Source: Caulobacteraceae bacterium
Lineage (GTDB): Bacteria > Pseudomonadota > Alphaproteobacteria > Caulobacterales > Caulobacteraceae
Length of the DNA: 64,000 bases
NCBI GenBank assembly: GCA_036490095.1
Contig: DASXEN010000068.1
Location: forward strand, 3,249-67,248
Direction: 5' to 3'
The notes beneath the pieces are model-generated. The model did no database searches. It saw nothing but the letters and a program-made list of their open reading frames with translations, and was not told the DNA's origin. Position 1 is the first letter of the stretch. The number at the start of each line of letters is the position of its first letter. Positions 40,830 through 50,806 of the stretch are shown here, piece by piece. The translations under genes were made by a program, and so were the position numbers.

Positions 40830-41780
40830 CTAGGCCCCGACGGCCTCGCCGGGCGGATGAACGTCGGCGGGCTTGCGCATCAGCCACGCCAGGCTGGGCC
40901 GCGGCAGCGTCGGCAGCCTGAAGGCCGGCTTCGGCAGCGCGGGGGCCGGGATGCAGCGCTCCAGCACGTCCATCAGCACCTCGACCGGGCCGTCGTTGAG
41001 GAAGTGGTTGGCGCCCGGCACGCAGATGAAGCTCATCGGACCGCGGCAGCTGGCTTCCTCGACCAGCCGCTGCGCATGCTCGATCGGCGCGAAGTCGTCG
41101 GCGTCGCCGTGGATCACGTGCACCGGCACGTTGAGGCGGCGCAGCGCCTGGCGCATGTGCGCCAGTTGCGGGGCCTGGCCGCTGACCTCGAGGATGGCGT
41201 TGCGCAGGTCGCGCGGGATCAGGTTCAGGGCGCGCAGGCCGAGGTTGACCAGGAAGCGGGCGGTGGGGCCCGGCTCGCCGAGGAAGCTCGACAGCAGCAC
41301 CACGCCGGCCAGCGACTTCGGCTGGCGCGCGGCCATCACCGTGGCGATCGCCGCGCCGTAGGACTGGCCGACCAGCAGGATTTTCTGCCCCGGCGCGGCC
41401 TCCAGCAGCGGCGCGAGGGCGACCGCCTGCAGGCGGATGTCGGGGACGCAGGTGGCCGGCTCGCTGGCGGCGAACCCGGGGCGGTCGACCACGATCATCT
41501 CGCGGTCCTGCGGCAGGGCGGCCAGCAGCGGCGCCCAGTACTCCGCCCAGGAGGGCGCGCCCGGAATCACCACGATCTTCAGCGGCGCGGACGTCTCGCG
41601 CGGGGTGACCAGGGCGGAGATCTTCCAGCCCAGCCCGCCGCCGGCGGTGAAGGTGGTGCGGCGCACCACGTCGTCGGGATAGTCAAGCGATGTCGGAACA
41701 TGTTCGGTCCGGCCCGCGGCCGCGCTTTCGAAGCACGCCCAGCCCAGTTCCAGAACGCCTTTCGGCCTCCTCCTCGCCAT
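40830..41780 (-). CDS. Alpha/beta hydrolase
   Basis: Start at MARRRPKG. Nucleophile elbow LVGQSYGAA (GxSxG). C-terminal His region (GANHF). Confidence 0.82.
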   Translation of the reverse strand: MARRRPKGVLELGWACFESAAAGRTEHVPTSLDYPDDVVRRTTFTAGGGLGWKISALVTPRETSAPLKIVVIPGAPSWAEYWAPLLAALPQDREMIVVDRPGFAASEPATCVPDIRLQAVALAPLLEAAPGQKILLVGQSYGAAIATVMAARQPKSLAGVVLLSSFLGEPGPTARFLVNLGLRALNLIPRDLRNAILEVSGQAPQLAHMRQALRRLNVPVHVIHGDADDFAPIEHAQRLVEEASCRGPMSFICVPGANHFLNDGPVEVLMDVLERCIPAPALPKPAFRLPTLPRPSLAWLMRKPADVHPPGEAVGA

Positions 41781-41986
41781 GGCGCACCTCCTTTCGTGCC
41801 TGGCGTTTGTGCAACGCGGCAGAGCCGCGCCGGTTCGCCATATTTCGCAGCGAACTTGCAGATGTTGCGCCTTCACCACTGAAGGAGCGCTGAGCGACCC
41901 GTTGCCGGGCGTTCAGAAAAGGGGGCGGCGCGTCGCCGCAGGGCCAGTCTTTCCCTCCGCAGGGGCGGCGTGGCGGATCGTCGCGC

Positions 41987-42013
41987 GGAAGTGATTCTCA
42001 CCACCAAACGGTT
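41987..42013 (+). promoter_or_regulatory. Candidate EcfG-type (general stress response) promoter upstream of the HWE kinase
   Basis: GGAAG-N17-CGGTT compared with the established consensus GGAAC-N16/17-CGTT. It lies about 45 nt upstream of the kinase start. Both elements are imperfect matches. Confidence 0.25.
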
Positions 42014-42057
42014 AATCATCATCTCGAAACCGATTCCGTGAGGGGGAATACGGGGAC

Positions 42058-43083
42058 GTGACGAAGATGACCTTGCCAGCGGCAGACTACCGGCCGTCCA
42101 ATTCTGCAACCGCGCTGACCGGCGCGGAGGCCCGCTATCGCGCGATCGTCGACACCGCCGTCGACGCGATCCTGGTGGTCGACGACGGCGGCACGGTGAT
42201 CTCGTTCAATCCGGCCGCCGAGCGCCTGTTCGGCTACCGCGCGGACGAGATCATCGGCCGCAGCGTGCGCCTGCTGGCGCCGCCGGGCCATGCCTGCGCG
42301 CGCCGCGACCACCTGCCGGACGGCGAACGCCCGGCGGTCGGCGGCGGGCGCCGGGTCGAGGGCCTTCGCAAGGACGGCTCGGTGTGCCCGCTGGAGCTGT
42401 CGGTGGCCGAATGGCGCGCCGACGGGCGCCGCTACTTCACCGGCGTGCTGCGCGACATCTCCGAGCGGCTGCGCGCCGAGGAGAGCCAGCGGCTGCTGCT
42501 CGGCGAGCTGAACCACCGGGTGAAGAACAGCCTCGCCACCGTGCAGGCGGTGGTCGGCAACACCCTGCGCCACGCCACCGACCTCGAAGGCGCCCGCGAG
42601 GCGCTGAACGGCCGGCTGCTGGCGCTGGCCAAGGGCCACGACATCCTGACCCGAGAGAGCTGGGAAGGCGCCGACCTCGCCGACGTCATCGACGAGGCCA
42701 TCGACACCCACGGCGAGCCCGAGCGCTTCTCGGTCGAGACGCTGCGCCAGCGGCTGTCGCCGAAGGTGGCGCTGGCCATGTCGATGGCGCTCTACGAGCT
42801 GTGCACCAACGCCGCCAAGTACGGCGCCCTGTCGGTCGAGGGTGGCCGCGTCTCGATCGCGGTCACCCGCCAGGGCGGCGCGCTCAACATCGTCTGGCGC
42901 GAGATCGGCGGACCGCCGGTCGAGCCGCCGACCCGCCGCGGCTTCGGCTCGCGCATGCTTCAAGGCCTGGCCCGCGACCTCGAAGGCGCGGCCCGGCTCG
43001 ATTTCGCCCCGGACGGCCTCGTCTGCGTCATCACCGCGCCGCTGGCGCAGACGCGGGGCGGGGATGGTCCAGCGGGCGCCTAG
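42058..43083 (+). CDS. PAS-domain HWE/HisKA_2 family sensor histidine kinase (soluble)
   Basis: PAS S-box (YRAIVDTAVDAILVVDDGG). H-box ELNHRVKNSLATVQAVV. HWE-type ATPase region (LYELCTNAAKYGA ... GFGSRM). Confidence 0.9.
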   Translation: MTKMTLPAADYRPSNSATALTGAEARYRAIVDTAVDAILVVDDGGTVISFNPAAERLFGYRADEIIGRSVRLLAPPGHACARRDHLPDGERPAVGGGRRVEGLRKDGSVCPLELSVAEWRADGRRYFTGVLRDISERLRAEESQRLLLGELNHRVKNSLATVQAVVGNTLRHATDLEGAREALNGRLLALAKGHDILTRESWEGADLADVIDEAIDTHGEPERFSVETLRQRLSPKVALAMSMALYELCTNAAKYGALSVEGGRVSIAVTRQGGALNIVWREIGGPPVEPPTRRGFGSRMLQGLARDLEGAARLDFAPDGLVCVITAPLAQTRGGDGPAGA

Positions 43084-43417
43084 GCGGGTCCTGGTCGTCG
43101 AGGACGAATCGCTGGTCGCCATGTTGCTGGAGGATGTGCTCGGCGACCTCGGCTGCGAGGTGATCGGCCCGGCCGCCAGCGTCGAGCAGGCGCTGGCGCT
43201 GATCGCCGCGGGCGGCTTCGACTTCGCCCTGCTGGACGTGAAGCTCGGCGCGGCCGCCACCTCCTTCCCGGTCGCCGACGCCCTGCGCGCGGCGGGCGTT
43301 CCCTTCGCCTTCGTCACCGGCTACGGCGCCGAGAGCCTGCGCCCCGACCTGCGCGACACCCCGGTGATCGCCAAACCCATCGATCCCGAGGCGATCGCGG
43401 CGCTGCTGGCAGGGTGA
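43064..43417 (+). CDS. Single-domain response regulator (receiver only)
   Basis: RVLVVEDESLVAMLLED, the phospho-acceptor context FALLDVKL and the AKP motif. It overlaps the kinase 3' end by 20 nt. Confidence 0.88.
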   Translation: MVQRAPRRVLVVEDESLVAMLLEDVLGDLGCEVIGPAASVEQALALIAAGGFDFALLDVKLGAAATSFPVADALRAAGVPFAFVTGYGAESLRPDLRDTPVIAKPIDPEAIAALLAG

Positions 43418-43452
43418 CGAGTCGCCGTATCTCGCTCTATGGCCCAGGTGGT

Positions 43453-43498
43453 ATTGAACCACGGAGGACACGGAGAAGGCACGGAGGGCACGGAGTGG
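43453..43498. repeat. Left arm of the 46-bp inverted repeat flanking the GxxExxY gene
   Basis: ATTGAACCACGGAGGACACGGAGAAGGCACGGAGGGCACGGAGTGG, built from four tandem CACGGAG-containing units of 9-11 nt. Confidence 0.9.
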
Positions 43499-43872
43499 AG
43501 GACGACCAGTTAGGGGAGCTGATTCTCCGTTGCGCGCTGACCGTTCACAAGGCCCTTGGCCCGGGACTGCTTGAGAACGTCTACGAAGCCTGCCTGGCGC
43601 ACGAATTGTCGAAGTCGCAAATTCATTTTGACCGGCAGCTGGCGCTGCCGGTCGCCTACGACGGTATCACGATCGAAGCGGGCTATCGGATCGACCTTCT
43701 GATCGCGAAGCGGGTGGTGGTCGAAGTGAAGGCGGTGGAGCGTCTGGCGGAAGTGCACCGGGCGCAGCTTCTGAGCTACCTGAAACTCGGCGGCTATCGC
43801 TTGGGCTACCTGCTCAACTTCAATGTCGCGCTGATGAAAAACGGCATCGTCCGCATGCTGAACGGCTACTAG
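43495..43872 (+). CDS. GxxExxY family protein (PD-(D/E)XK nuclease-like fold)
   Basis: LGPGLLENVYEACLAHEL carries the G-x-x-E-x-x-Y signature. YRIDLLIAKRVVVEVKAV has the D...E-x-K pattern. The likely GTG start at 43495 gives about 125 aa. The longer ORF from 43414 translates the repeat arm. Confidence 0.85.
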   Translation: MEDDQLGELILRCALTVHKALGPGLLENVYEACLAHELSKSQIHFDRQLALPVAYDGITIEAGYRIDLLIAKRVVVEVKAVERLAEVHRAQLLSYLKLGGYRLGYLLNFNVALMKNGIVRMLNGY

Positions 43873-43914
43873 CGCGAAGCGCACGCACACGTGTCAGCGG
43901 ACTGTCGGTCGCCT

Positions 43915-43960
43915 CGACTCCGTGTCCTCCGTGCCTCCTCCGTGACCTCCGTGGTTAAAC
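43915..43960. repeat. Right arm of the 46-bp inverted repeat flanking the GxxExxY gene
   Basis: The reverse complement GTTTAACCACGGAGGTCACGGAGGAGGCACGGAGGACACGGAGTCG matches the left arm at 40 of 46 positions (counted by eye). Confidence 0.9.
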
Positions 43961-43982
43961 TTTTCGACCTCCGTCGCCCGCC

Positions 43983-44010
43983 CTTGTGTGGCCATGGCGC
44001 CACACTACAT
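43983..44010 (+). promoter_or_regulatory. Candidate sigma-32 (RpoH) heat-shock promoter for clpB
   Basis: CTTG-N18-CTACAT compared with the alphaproteobacterial sigma-32 consensus CTTG-N17/18-CYTATNT. It lies about 65 nt upstream of the clpB ATG. Confidence 0.3.
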
Positions 44011-44074
44011 CGGAGCGGCAGGGCCTGCGCTTGATCAAGGCGGGCCCGGCGCATCCGCCTATTAGAGGGGATTC

Positions 44075-46666
<2,592 letters not shown>

Positions 46667-46736
46667 CCGCGCCCGTTGCCAAGCTCCCCGGCGACGTGCG
46701 AGCCTCGCGGCTGCGCGATCGCCGGGGACGGATGGG

Positions 46737-47273
46737 ATGGCTGAGCGCCGGGCCGCCAAGGGCCGCTGGGCCGCGACGATCGCTGCGGTGGCTGCGCTCG
46801 CCTGCCTCGCCACCGGCCTCCGCGCAGCCCCCGATAGCGACGAGGTGGTCGGCGTGCCGGCCATCGTCCGCGGCGCGCCGTCGGTCCGCGAATTGCTCGC
46901 CGCCGGCTCCGGTCAGCCCGTTATTCTCTTCCACTACTTCGACGTCGGCCCGTCCTGCGCGCCGACCGAGGTGACGATCCGGGTGGTCAGCGCCCCGGCG
47001 CACGGGAGCCTCGCCTTCGAGGACGGCGAGGAGCGGCCCTACGCCGACGGCCATCCGCTCTACGCCGCCGCCGACCCCCGCCACGCCTGCAACGACCGCC
47101 TCGCCCCGACCAAGGACGCGGTCTACACCGCCCAGCCGGGCTATTCGGGCCGCGACGAGGCGGTGGTCGAGGTCACCGAAGCCGGCGTCGCCACCACCGA
47201 CACCATCGAGATCACCGTGCTGTCGCTGGCCAAGCCGGTGTCGACCGTCAAGACCGCCCGCGCGCGCCACTGA
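46737..47273 (+). CDS. Hypothetical secreted protein, Ig-like beta domain
   Basis: Signal-anchor AATIAAVAALACLATGLRA. The C-terminal segment (YSGRDEAVVEVTEAGVATTDTIEITV) resembles cadherin/Ig-like repeats. Confidence 0.5.
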   Translation: MAERRAAKGRWAATIAAVAALACLATGLRAAPDSDEVVGVPAIVRGAPSVRELLAAGSGQPVILFHYFDVGPSCAPTEVTIRVVSAPAHGSLAFEDGEERPYADGHPLYAAADPRHACNDRLAPTKDAVYTAQPGYSGRDEAVVEVTEAGVATTDTIEITVLSLAKPVSTVKTARARH

Positions 47274-47286
47274 CGCCTGGGCGTCA

Positions 47287-48375
47287 CTAGGCCGGCCCCC
47301 TTGCTAGGAGGGCCGCGGCCGCGGCCGGAATATCGAGACCGTCGACGTCGACGGGCAGGCCGACGTCGTGCAGGCGGCCTTCGGTCAGCGCGCCGCCGGC
47401 GACCGCCAGCAGCTCATCCCTTGAACGACCTTTCAGCGGATCGCCCGGCTCCGCCCAGGCGCCGCCGTCGCCGCGCGAGAGGATACGGCGGGTGAGCTCC
47501 GCCTCGCCGACGCGGAGCCGCCGCCAGGACCAGCTCGCGCGCGGGAGCGCCTGCTCGTAGAGCCGCGCCTCGGCGCGGGTGGCGACCCGGCCCACGACGA
47601 TCGCCCGCCCCGCGCCGGCGTCATGAAAATTGGCCCACAGGGCGGCGAGGTTGCGCGCCTTGAGCGCATGATCGTCCGGCGCCGTGCTGCAGAAGCCGAT
47701 CTGTCCGACGTCGACGTAGGCCGCGCACTGGCCCGAGCTGAGGACATCGAGGTAGGCGCGAAAGGCGATCGCCGACTTGCCTACGCCGGTGGCGCCGGTT
47801 ACCGCGAGGATCTCGCCGCCCGCCTCCGTGCGGTCACCGGGAGCGGGCGAGGGCGGCCGCTGCGTCCCTGCCGGCGGCCAGGCGCCGGTCTCTGCCAGGA
47901 CGCAGGTCGCCGCCTCGCCGATCGACACCCCGCTGGTGTCGATGCAGACGTCCGCGAAGCCGCTGTGGTCGAGCGCCCGGGCTGCTTCCACCGCGGCCTC
48001 GTGCTCGTCGGACGGTCCGTCTCTCTGGAGCAGCCGCGCGCGCAGCTCATCCGGGTCGGCCCGCCGCCGGGCGACGGCCAGGCGCGGGCCGCCGAGGGTC
48101 CCACTGTCAGGCCCGCGCAGGGCGTCGACCACCCCGGACACGATCAGGGTCCGCGCGCCGGCCGCCGCGAAGTTGGCGCGCAAGGCCGCGACGTTACGCG
48201 CTTTCAGCGCATGTCGGTCCGGGTCGCCTGCGAGCGGCGGGTAGCAGATCCCGAGCTGGTCGACGTCGACGTAGGCCGGCTTCGCGCCGGCGACTTGGAG
48301 GCGCTGGTAGATCTCCCAGCCGACGGCGGTCTTGCCGACGCCGGGCGGGCCGCTCAGCCAGAGAACCGGGATCAT
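47287..48375 (-). CDS. Hypothetical protein made of two tandem P-loop kinase-like domains
   Basis: There are two Walker A motifs (GPPGVGKTAV, GATGVGKSAI). Both halves share AYVDV-Q(L/I)G-C ... D-HALKARN(V/L)AAL-ANF ... AGA. Confidence 0.65.
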   Translation of the reverse strand: MIPVLWLSGPPGVGKTAVGWEIYQRLQVAGAKPAYVDVDQLGICYPPLAGDPDRHALKARNVAALRANFAAAGARTLIVSGVVDALRGPDSGTLGGPRLAVARRRADPDELRARLLQRDGPSDEHEAAVEAARALDHSGFADVCIDTSGVSIGEAATCVLAETGAWPPAGTQRPPSPAPGDRTEAGGEILAVTGATGVGKSAIAFRAYLDVLSSGQCAAYVDVGQIGFCSTAPDDHALKARNLAALWANFHDAGAGRAIVVGRVATRAEARLYEQALPRASWSWRRLRVGEAELTRRILSRGDGGAWAEPGDPLKGRSRDELLAVAGGALTEGRLHDVGLPVDVDGLDIPAAAAALLARGPA

Positions 48376-48408
48376 GGCCGCGCCTCCCCGATCCAGCCCC
48401 GGCGCGCG

Positions 48409-49095
48409 CTAAGGCGTGCGGCTGGGCGGGCCGCCTTCGCTGACCGAGCCGGGCTTCAACGCCGCGGCTTCGGCGGCGAGCACGCGGTCGATCAGGAAAT
48501 AGTAGGTGGCGACCTCGCCCTTGGCGTTGACGGTGCGCAGGGCGTCGTAGGCGTGGCCGCCCTCGTGGATCAGCGACTGGTCGGTGACCTTGCGGCCCAG
48601 CGCGCGCATCACCGCATACTCCTCGTCGACGTCGATCGGCGTGAAGGCGGTGGCGGGGGTGAGGCCGTCGCCGGTCTCGATCGAGGCGACGAGGCCGGCG
48701 CCGACGTCGCGGTCGAGGCGGGCGGCGTCGGCCTGGCCGGCGTTCTCCTCGCAGAAGGCCGCGATCATGTGGGCGTCGATATCGACGTAGGCCTCTTCGA
48801 TCGCCGCCTTCGCCGCCGGCAGCGCGACCGCGCAGTCGCTCTTGCCCGCCGCCTCCAGCATCTGCCGCCGCGCGTCGCTCTGGGAGAATATCCGGAAACC
48901 GGGGCGGCTGGCGTAGGCGATGCGCAGCGCCTGCCAGTCGGCGTTGGGGGCGCTGGCCTTGGCGCTGGCGAGCAGCGCCTGGTAGCGCGCTTCCGGCTCG
49001 GCCTGCGGCGCGGTGGCGATAGGCTGTGCCCGCGCGGCGGCGCAGACGCCGAGTGCGAGGGTGACGGCGAGGAGCGCGCGCATGCAGGGCCTCAT
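48409..49095 (-). CDS. Secreted hypothetical protein (DUF4919-like)
   Basis: Signal peptide MRALLAVTLALGVCAAARA. The helical N-terminal part and the EEYAVMRALG...YD segment resemble DUF4919. The assignment is tentative. Confidence 0.5.
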   Translation of the reverse strand: MRPCMRALLAVTLALGVCAAARAQPIATAPQAEPEARYQALLASAKASAPNADWQALRIAYASRPGFRIFSQSDARRQMLEAAGKSDCAVALPAAKAAIEEAYVDIDAHMIAAFCEENAGQADAARLDRDVGAGLVASIETGDGLTPATAFTPIDVDEEYAVMRALGRKVTDQSLIHEGGHAYDALRTVNAKGEVATYYFLIDRVLAAEAAALKPGSVSEGGPPSRTP

Positions 49096-49150
49096 CCTTC
49101 CGCCGCCGCGCGAAAAGACGTCAAATCCGCGTCGATGAAAAGGCGTGGCG

Positions 49151-49447
49151 TCAGGCCGCGGCGACGGCCGCCGTCTTGGCCTTGACCTGCTTCTTGATCT
49201 TCAGCGCCTTGGCCGACAGCCCCTCGTCGCGCGCGCCGAGCAGGAAGGCGTCGAGCCCGCCCTTGAAGTCCACGGTGCGCAGCGCCGCGTTGGTGACGCG
49301 CAAACGGAAGGTCTGGCCCAGCGCCTCGGACTGCAGCGAGGCCGGTGACAGCGCCGGCAGGAAGCGACGCTTGGACTTCACGTTGGAGTGGCTGACGTGA
49401 TGGCCGACCATCGGCCCGACGCCCGTGAGCTCGCAGCGGCGCGACAT
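49151..49447 (-). CDS. rpmB: 50S ribosomal protein L28
   Basis: [33 protein letters not shown] is a canonical L28 N-terminus. Confidence 0.95.
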   Translation of the reverse strand: MSRRCELTGVGPMVGHHVSHSNVKSKRRFLPALSPASLQSEALGQTFRLRVTNAALRTVDFKGGLDAFLLGARDEGLSAKALKIKKQVKAKTAAVAAA

Positions 49448-49631
49448 CTTGCAGAACCTTCCGGCGTAACGACAAGCGCGCGGGGAGGTGAGGCCCCGCG
49501 CGGGAGCGGGCGATATAGTCGGTGCAGCGCCCGCCCGTCAAGGCGAGCCGGCGCGGGGTAGTGTCTCAGTTTGAATTTTGGCCCCGTTGACAAGCATGGC
49601 GCCCAGCCAGGCGCGCGGCTATCTTCGGGGC

Positions 49632-49808
49632 ATGGCAACCGAACGTCACATCCTGGCGATTGCGGACTGCGCCAAGTGCGGCGCGACTGACTCGTGCGGC
49701 GAGATCGGTGAGGTTGCGCGCGAAGGTGAGCTGCGTTGCGCCGTGTGCGGCCATCCCACCACCTTCGACCAGCAACTCGAATTGGTGCCTGATGCCCAAG
49801 GGTCCTAG
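49632..49808 (+). CDS. Small zinc-ribbon protein (58 aa) inside the IS-like element
   Basis: Two CxxC pairs (CAKCG ... CAVCG). Its position and Zn-finger recall IS1 InsA N-termini. Coding status is uncertain. Confidence 0.4.
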   Translation: MATERHILAIADCAKCGATDSCGEIGEVAREGELRCAVCGHPTTFDQQLELVPDAQGS

Positions 49809-50019
49809 AGGCGAGAAGCGTCCCGGCGATGTGCTCGGCGCGGCTATCATGGTCGCCAAGATCGCGACTGGCGAAATTGAAGAAGATGTGAAACAACCGT
49901 CAGTGGCGGCCCAGCTTGGCCGCAAGGGTGGGAAAGCTAGGGCCGAAAGCATGACGCCAGAACGTCGCGCTGAGATCGCCCGTAACGCTGCGAAGGCCCG
50001 CTACAGCAAGCGCGACTAG
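49792..50019 (+). CDS. Small basic conserved hypothetical protein (MPKGPRGEKRP... / ...GGKARAESMTPERRAEIA...)
   Basis: 75 aa. It resembles a small protein family I recall as recurring in alphaproteobacterial accessory DNA. It overlaps the previous ORF by 17 nt. Confidence 0.5.
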   Translation: MPKGPRGEKRPGDVLGAAIMVAKIATGEIEEDVKQPSVAAQLGRKGGKARAESMTPERRAEIARNAAKARYSKRD

Positions 50020-50026
50020 GCCCGCT

Positions 50027-50320
50027 TTGGCCGGGAACACGCCTGAGTCACCGTCGCTCCTTGCGCCCGGATTCCACCCGCTTGATCTACCCGGCTTGCG
50101 CAGGCTTTGCGTCGCGCAGTTTGCCAACCACGTTCACGCGCTGGCGCTCTACTTCATGTTTTACAACTTCGTTCGCATCCATAAGACGCTCAAGGTCACG
50201 CCTGCGATGGCGGCGGGGATTTCTGCTACGCTGTGGACGATGGAAGACATTGCCGAGCGGATAGAAGCGCGCCGGCCGCAGCCCGCCAAGCGCGGGCCAT
50301 ACAAGAAGCGCAGCGCCTAG
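50027..50320 (+). pseudogene. Truncated transposase C-terminal fragment (IS1-family-like)
   Basis: LALYFMFYNFVRIHKTLKVTPAMAAGISATLWTMEDI matches the conserved C-terminal block of IS1-type transposases. No DDE catalytic region is present upstream. Confidence 0.65.
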
Positions 50321-50322
50321 CC

Positions 50323-50541
50323 GTGTTCTGGCTCATCGGAATTGCGACGCTCGTGGGCATGGGCGCGGTCCTGTGGCTGGCGCTGAAGCGCGGCCGGACG
50401 GATTTCTGGTTCTTCGGGTTTGCCAACACCCGCGACGAGCGCCCAATCCTCTACTGGTTCCAGATCGCCGGCTACGCCTTCGCTATGGCGCTTGTCGCCT
50501 ATGTCGTCGGGGCTTTCGCGCTGGCGGCAATTTCAAACTGA
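50323..50541 (+). CDS. Small two-TM membrane protein at the right end of the IS-like element
   Basis: VFWLIGIATLVGMGAVLWLAL and YWFQIAGYAFAMALVAYVVGAFALAAI form two hydrophobic helices. It ends inside the right terminal repeat. Coding status is uncertain. Confidence 0.35.
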   Translation: MFWLIGIATLVGMGAVLWLALKRGRTDFWFFGFANTRDERPILYWFQIAGYAFAMALVAYVVGAFALAAISN

Positions 50542-50776
50542 GACACTACCCGGCGCGGGGCGGCGCGGCGCGCCCGGCGGCGGCGGCTTGGCGGACGGGG
50601 ACTGGCCTAGTGGCCAAAAGCGATTCAGATACAAGGGCTTGTGGTGAACAAAGGTCGAATCGCGGGAGGTAAGTGATTCGGACACGGTTCGTTTCGCGGG
50701 CGTTCCGTCTGTTAACCATATGCATTTACGGCTCGTGAACCCTTTGTTCGCCGGGCCGAGCCGGCCCGGCATTGCG

Positions 50777-50798
50777 GCTAACTGACCCGAGGGTTAGC
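50777..50798. promoter_or_regulatory. Candidate TetR operator palindrome
   Basis: GCTAAC-N10-GTTAGC lies directly upstream of the TetR start codon (50807). Confidence 0.3.
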
Positions 50799-50806
50799 AA
50801 TCCCGC

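Larger units (their letters stand above)
49557..50550. mobile_element. IS1-family-like, probably non-autonomous insertion element (994 bp)
   Basis: Perfect 19-bp terminal inverted repeats GGTAGTGTCTCAGTTTGAA (49557-49575, and the reverse complement of 50532-50550). They are flanked by the identical 8-bp direct repeat CGGCGCGG (49549-49556 and 50551-50558). GC content is lower than the surroundings. A transposase C-terminal remnant lies inside. Confidence 0.8.

Noticed and set aside
44020-44074. Second sigma-32-like candidate (CTTGAT ... CCTATTAG) directly before clpB.
   Set aside because: The spacer between the elements is about 24 nt, which is too long. The -10-like element also overlaps the ribosome-binding region.
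50600-50760. Possible tRNA fragment or integration-site remnant next to the IS-like element (GGTCGAATC resembles a T-loop).
   Set aside because: No acceptor, D or anticodon arms can be drawn, and the flanks of the putative T-stem are not complementary. The region does contain a distant inverted pair, TGAACAAAGG / CCTTTGTTCG, of unknown meaning.
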